From: Nitrospirota bacterium
GTDB taxonomy: Bacteria > Nitrospirota > UBA9217
Assembly (NCBI GenBank): GCA_963840455.1
Contig: CAWIYV010000001.1
Location: 224,001-288,000 of the forward strand
Length of the DNA stretch: 64,000 nt
Reading direction: 5' to 3'
The stretch's first letter is position 1, and the number at the start of each line of letters is the position of its first letter. Below are positions 62,471-64,000 of the stretch, one piece after another. The notes under the pieces were generated by a model. That model searched no databases. It saw only the letters and a program-made list of their open reading frames with translations, and had not been told where the DNA came from. The position numbers and the translations under genes are program-made.

Positions 62471-63385
62471 TTAGCAACCACCGCCACCTACATTCAGGAC
62501 TTCTTTCATGCTTTCACTGAGAATCTGATGAATCGTATAGAACTCCCATTCATATCCATAATTCTCAGAAACGACGTAATGTTTTCCGTCAACAAATATA
62601 ACAGCATTAGGCACAATGGTATGTGTCTCTTTGCCCCAGCAATCTGTGGGAATGAATTCAGAGCTCAGTGCGGATATCTTGTCACCTTTTAGCAACAACC
62701 AGCTGTTCAGCACCTTAAGATCGTAACATTCGGTCTCTTTGGGGTTGTAAGTATAGGGTGACTTTTGTTGCGCTTCAATGAAATACAAAGCACCGCCCAT
62801 TATCATTTTACTTGCTTTATAGATGTGCACAAATTCAACGGGATATTTTCCATCAAATGATGATTTTATAGCTTTACGCAGGGATGCAGGAAGCTTGCCT
62901 ATATTTATATTTGATTCGAAAGGAATGACGCCAGAATCACGGTTAGTTGCTATCCCCACTTTGGGTGTAGGAGCATAATCAACTTCCTTCCGAGGATATA
63001 AGTCTGTCTTAAGCGCCCAGCCACCGGAGCAATGGGATCCGTACTTAACAGCATTCAGCACCTTAAGAAGTCTTGGACGTGGGGCTTCAGACCACAAATA
63101 AACTTTCGCTGGTATTGTTTTGATTGGTCCGATCCATTTAGCCGGGATATCCTGAAGCTGCGCTTTTCCATTTGTAGCTTTGATGAGTTTGTCGATTTCA
63201 GGTTGTTCGTCGATTGATGTTTCTGGCCACGTGTTAAGCCATTTGCCTTCGTGGTAGGTTCCAATCGGAATGAGAATGTCGTCGCTTTGGGCAATGCCGA
63301 CCCAATACGGATCTGGCGCGTTACCTGCGATAGCCGCGCTAGACATCAATAAGAACATGATGATTAACGAAAGACGTTGTCTCAT
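62471..63385 (-). CDS. Integron cassette 1: secreted hypothetical protein
   Basis: Signal peptide MRQRLSLIIMFLLMSSAAIA; AT-rich; four Cys, ends GGGGC. Confidence 0.8.
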   Translation of the reverse strand: MRQRLSLIIMFLLMSSAAIAGNAPDPYWVGIAQSDDILIPIGTYHEGKWLNTWPETSIDEQPEIDKLIKATNGKAQLQDIPAKWIGPIKTIPAKVYLWSEAPRPRLLKVLNAVKYGSHCSGGWALKTDLYPRKEVDYAPTPKVGIATNRDSGVIPFESNINIGKLPASLRKAIKSSFDGKYPVEFVHIYKASKMIMGGALYFIEAQQKSPYTYNPKETECYDLKVLNSWLLLKGDKISALSSEFIPTDCWGKETHTIVPNAVIFVDGKHYVVSENYGYEWEFYTIHQILSESMKEVLNVGGGGC

Positions 63386-63399
63386 AAGAGTTCCCTTCA

Positions 63400-63418
63400 G
63401 ACTAACCAGTGATTATCT
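63400..63418 (-). other. attI-like site
   Basis: AGATAAT-cactg-GTTAGTC (L box, 5-nt spacer, R box); GTTAGTC nearly complements GACCAAC of attC 1. Confidence 0.55.
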
Positions 63419-63490
63419 AGCCGTATCCGGCTAGTAAAGCACGAATTTTCGTTGTTTACCAGTTTAGCAAGAACGATGCCCCTCTTTTCC

Positions 63491-64000
63491 CTACTCCTTC
63501 GCGGAAACCGCGAGTCCCAAACGCTCCATCACCTTCTTGATGTCTATCCACACCCACTTCTTCTCCCCCGGGCTGCGCAAAAGATAGGAAGGATGGAAGG
63601 TCGGCATGACCGGAATGCCCTCGTAGGTCTGCCAGACGCCGCGCATCTTCGTGATCCCCTGTTTTGTCCCGAGCAGGTTCTGCGTCGGCACGTTCCCGAG
63701 GGTTACGATGACTTTCGGCTTGATGGCCGCGATTTGCTTTTTCACGAATTTGATGCAGGCTTCGACTTCGTCAGATTCCGGGTTCCGGTTGTTCGGCGGG
63801 CCGGCACTTGACGATGTTGCAGATGTAGACCTCGGCACGCTTGATCTTCATGCCCTTCTCTATGATGTCGGTCAGGAGCTGGCCTGCCGCGCCGACAAAG
63901 GGACGCCCCTGCTGGTCCTCCTCGAACCCGGGGCCTTCGCCGACGAAAACGATCGTGGCCTTCGGGTCCCCTTCGCCATAAACGATGCTGTTCCTGCCTT
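63491..64000 (-). CDS. Uracil-DNA glycosylase family 4, 5' truncated, +1 frameshift near 63798
   Basis: VFVGEGPGFEED..GRPFVGAAGQLL, NIVKCRP|PNNRNP and TFHPSYLLR motifs. Confidence 0.92.

Noticed and set aside
48831-63840. Programmed frameshifting or true pseudogenes in DJ-1, mutS (twice) and udg
   Set aside because: All four are single-base insertions without slippery sites and both halves look undecayed; clustered sequencing error is the simplest explanation, pending read inspection.

Overview
A GC-rich (roughly 60% by eye) bacterial chromosomal segment, mostly housekeeping genes on the minus strand. Gene order and content suggest an anaerobic Nitrospirota/Desulfobacterota-like organism (inference). 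It carries the ilv-leu-asd operon with psd/pssA, then tsaB-rimI, rluB, guaB, murJ, rpsT, leuS-lptE-holA, der, a CbrX/CbrA/CbrB-like SLC5-kinase two-component system, a TlpA-NosL-ABC-Cys-rich membrane protein operon, amrB, two TPR-cNMP paralogs, dnaB, rplI, recQ, mutS and udg. Highlights: (1) a four-helix-bundle gene enclosed by inverted heptamer-repeat arms (the upstream arm triplicated in a 128-bp tandem repeat), plus many 'empty' 7/8/9/10-mer repeat hairpins at operon junctions, which together suggest a hairpin-bounded mobile cassette system; (2) an integrase-less integron array (attI-like site, 4 attC, 4 cassettes, one with a HEPN-like motif) between udg and mutS; (3) an Ogt alkyltransferase whose catalytic Cys codon is an in-frame UGA followed by a SECIS-like hairpin; (4) IS5 nested in an IS3 remnant; (5) a dispersed double-hairpin MITE/PATE-like repeat family. 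Four +1 frameshifts in the right quarter (DJ-1, mutS twice, udg) are most simply sequencing errors. All calls come from reading the sequence; no searches were run.
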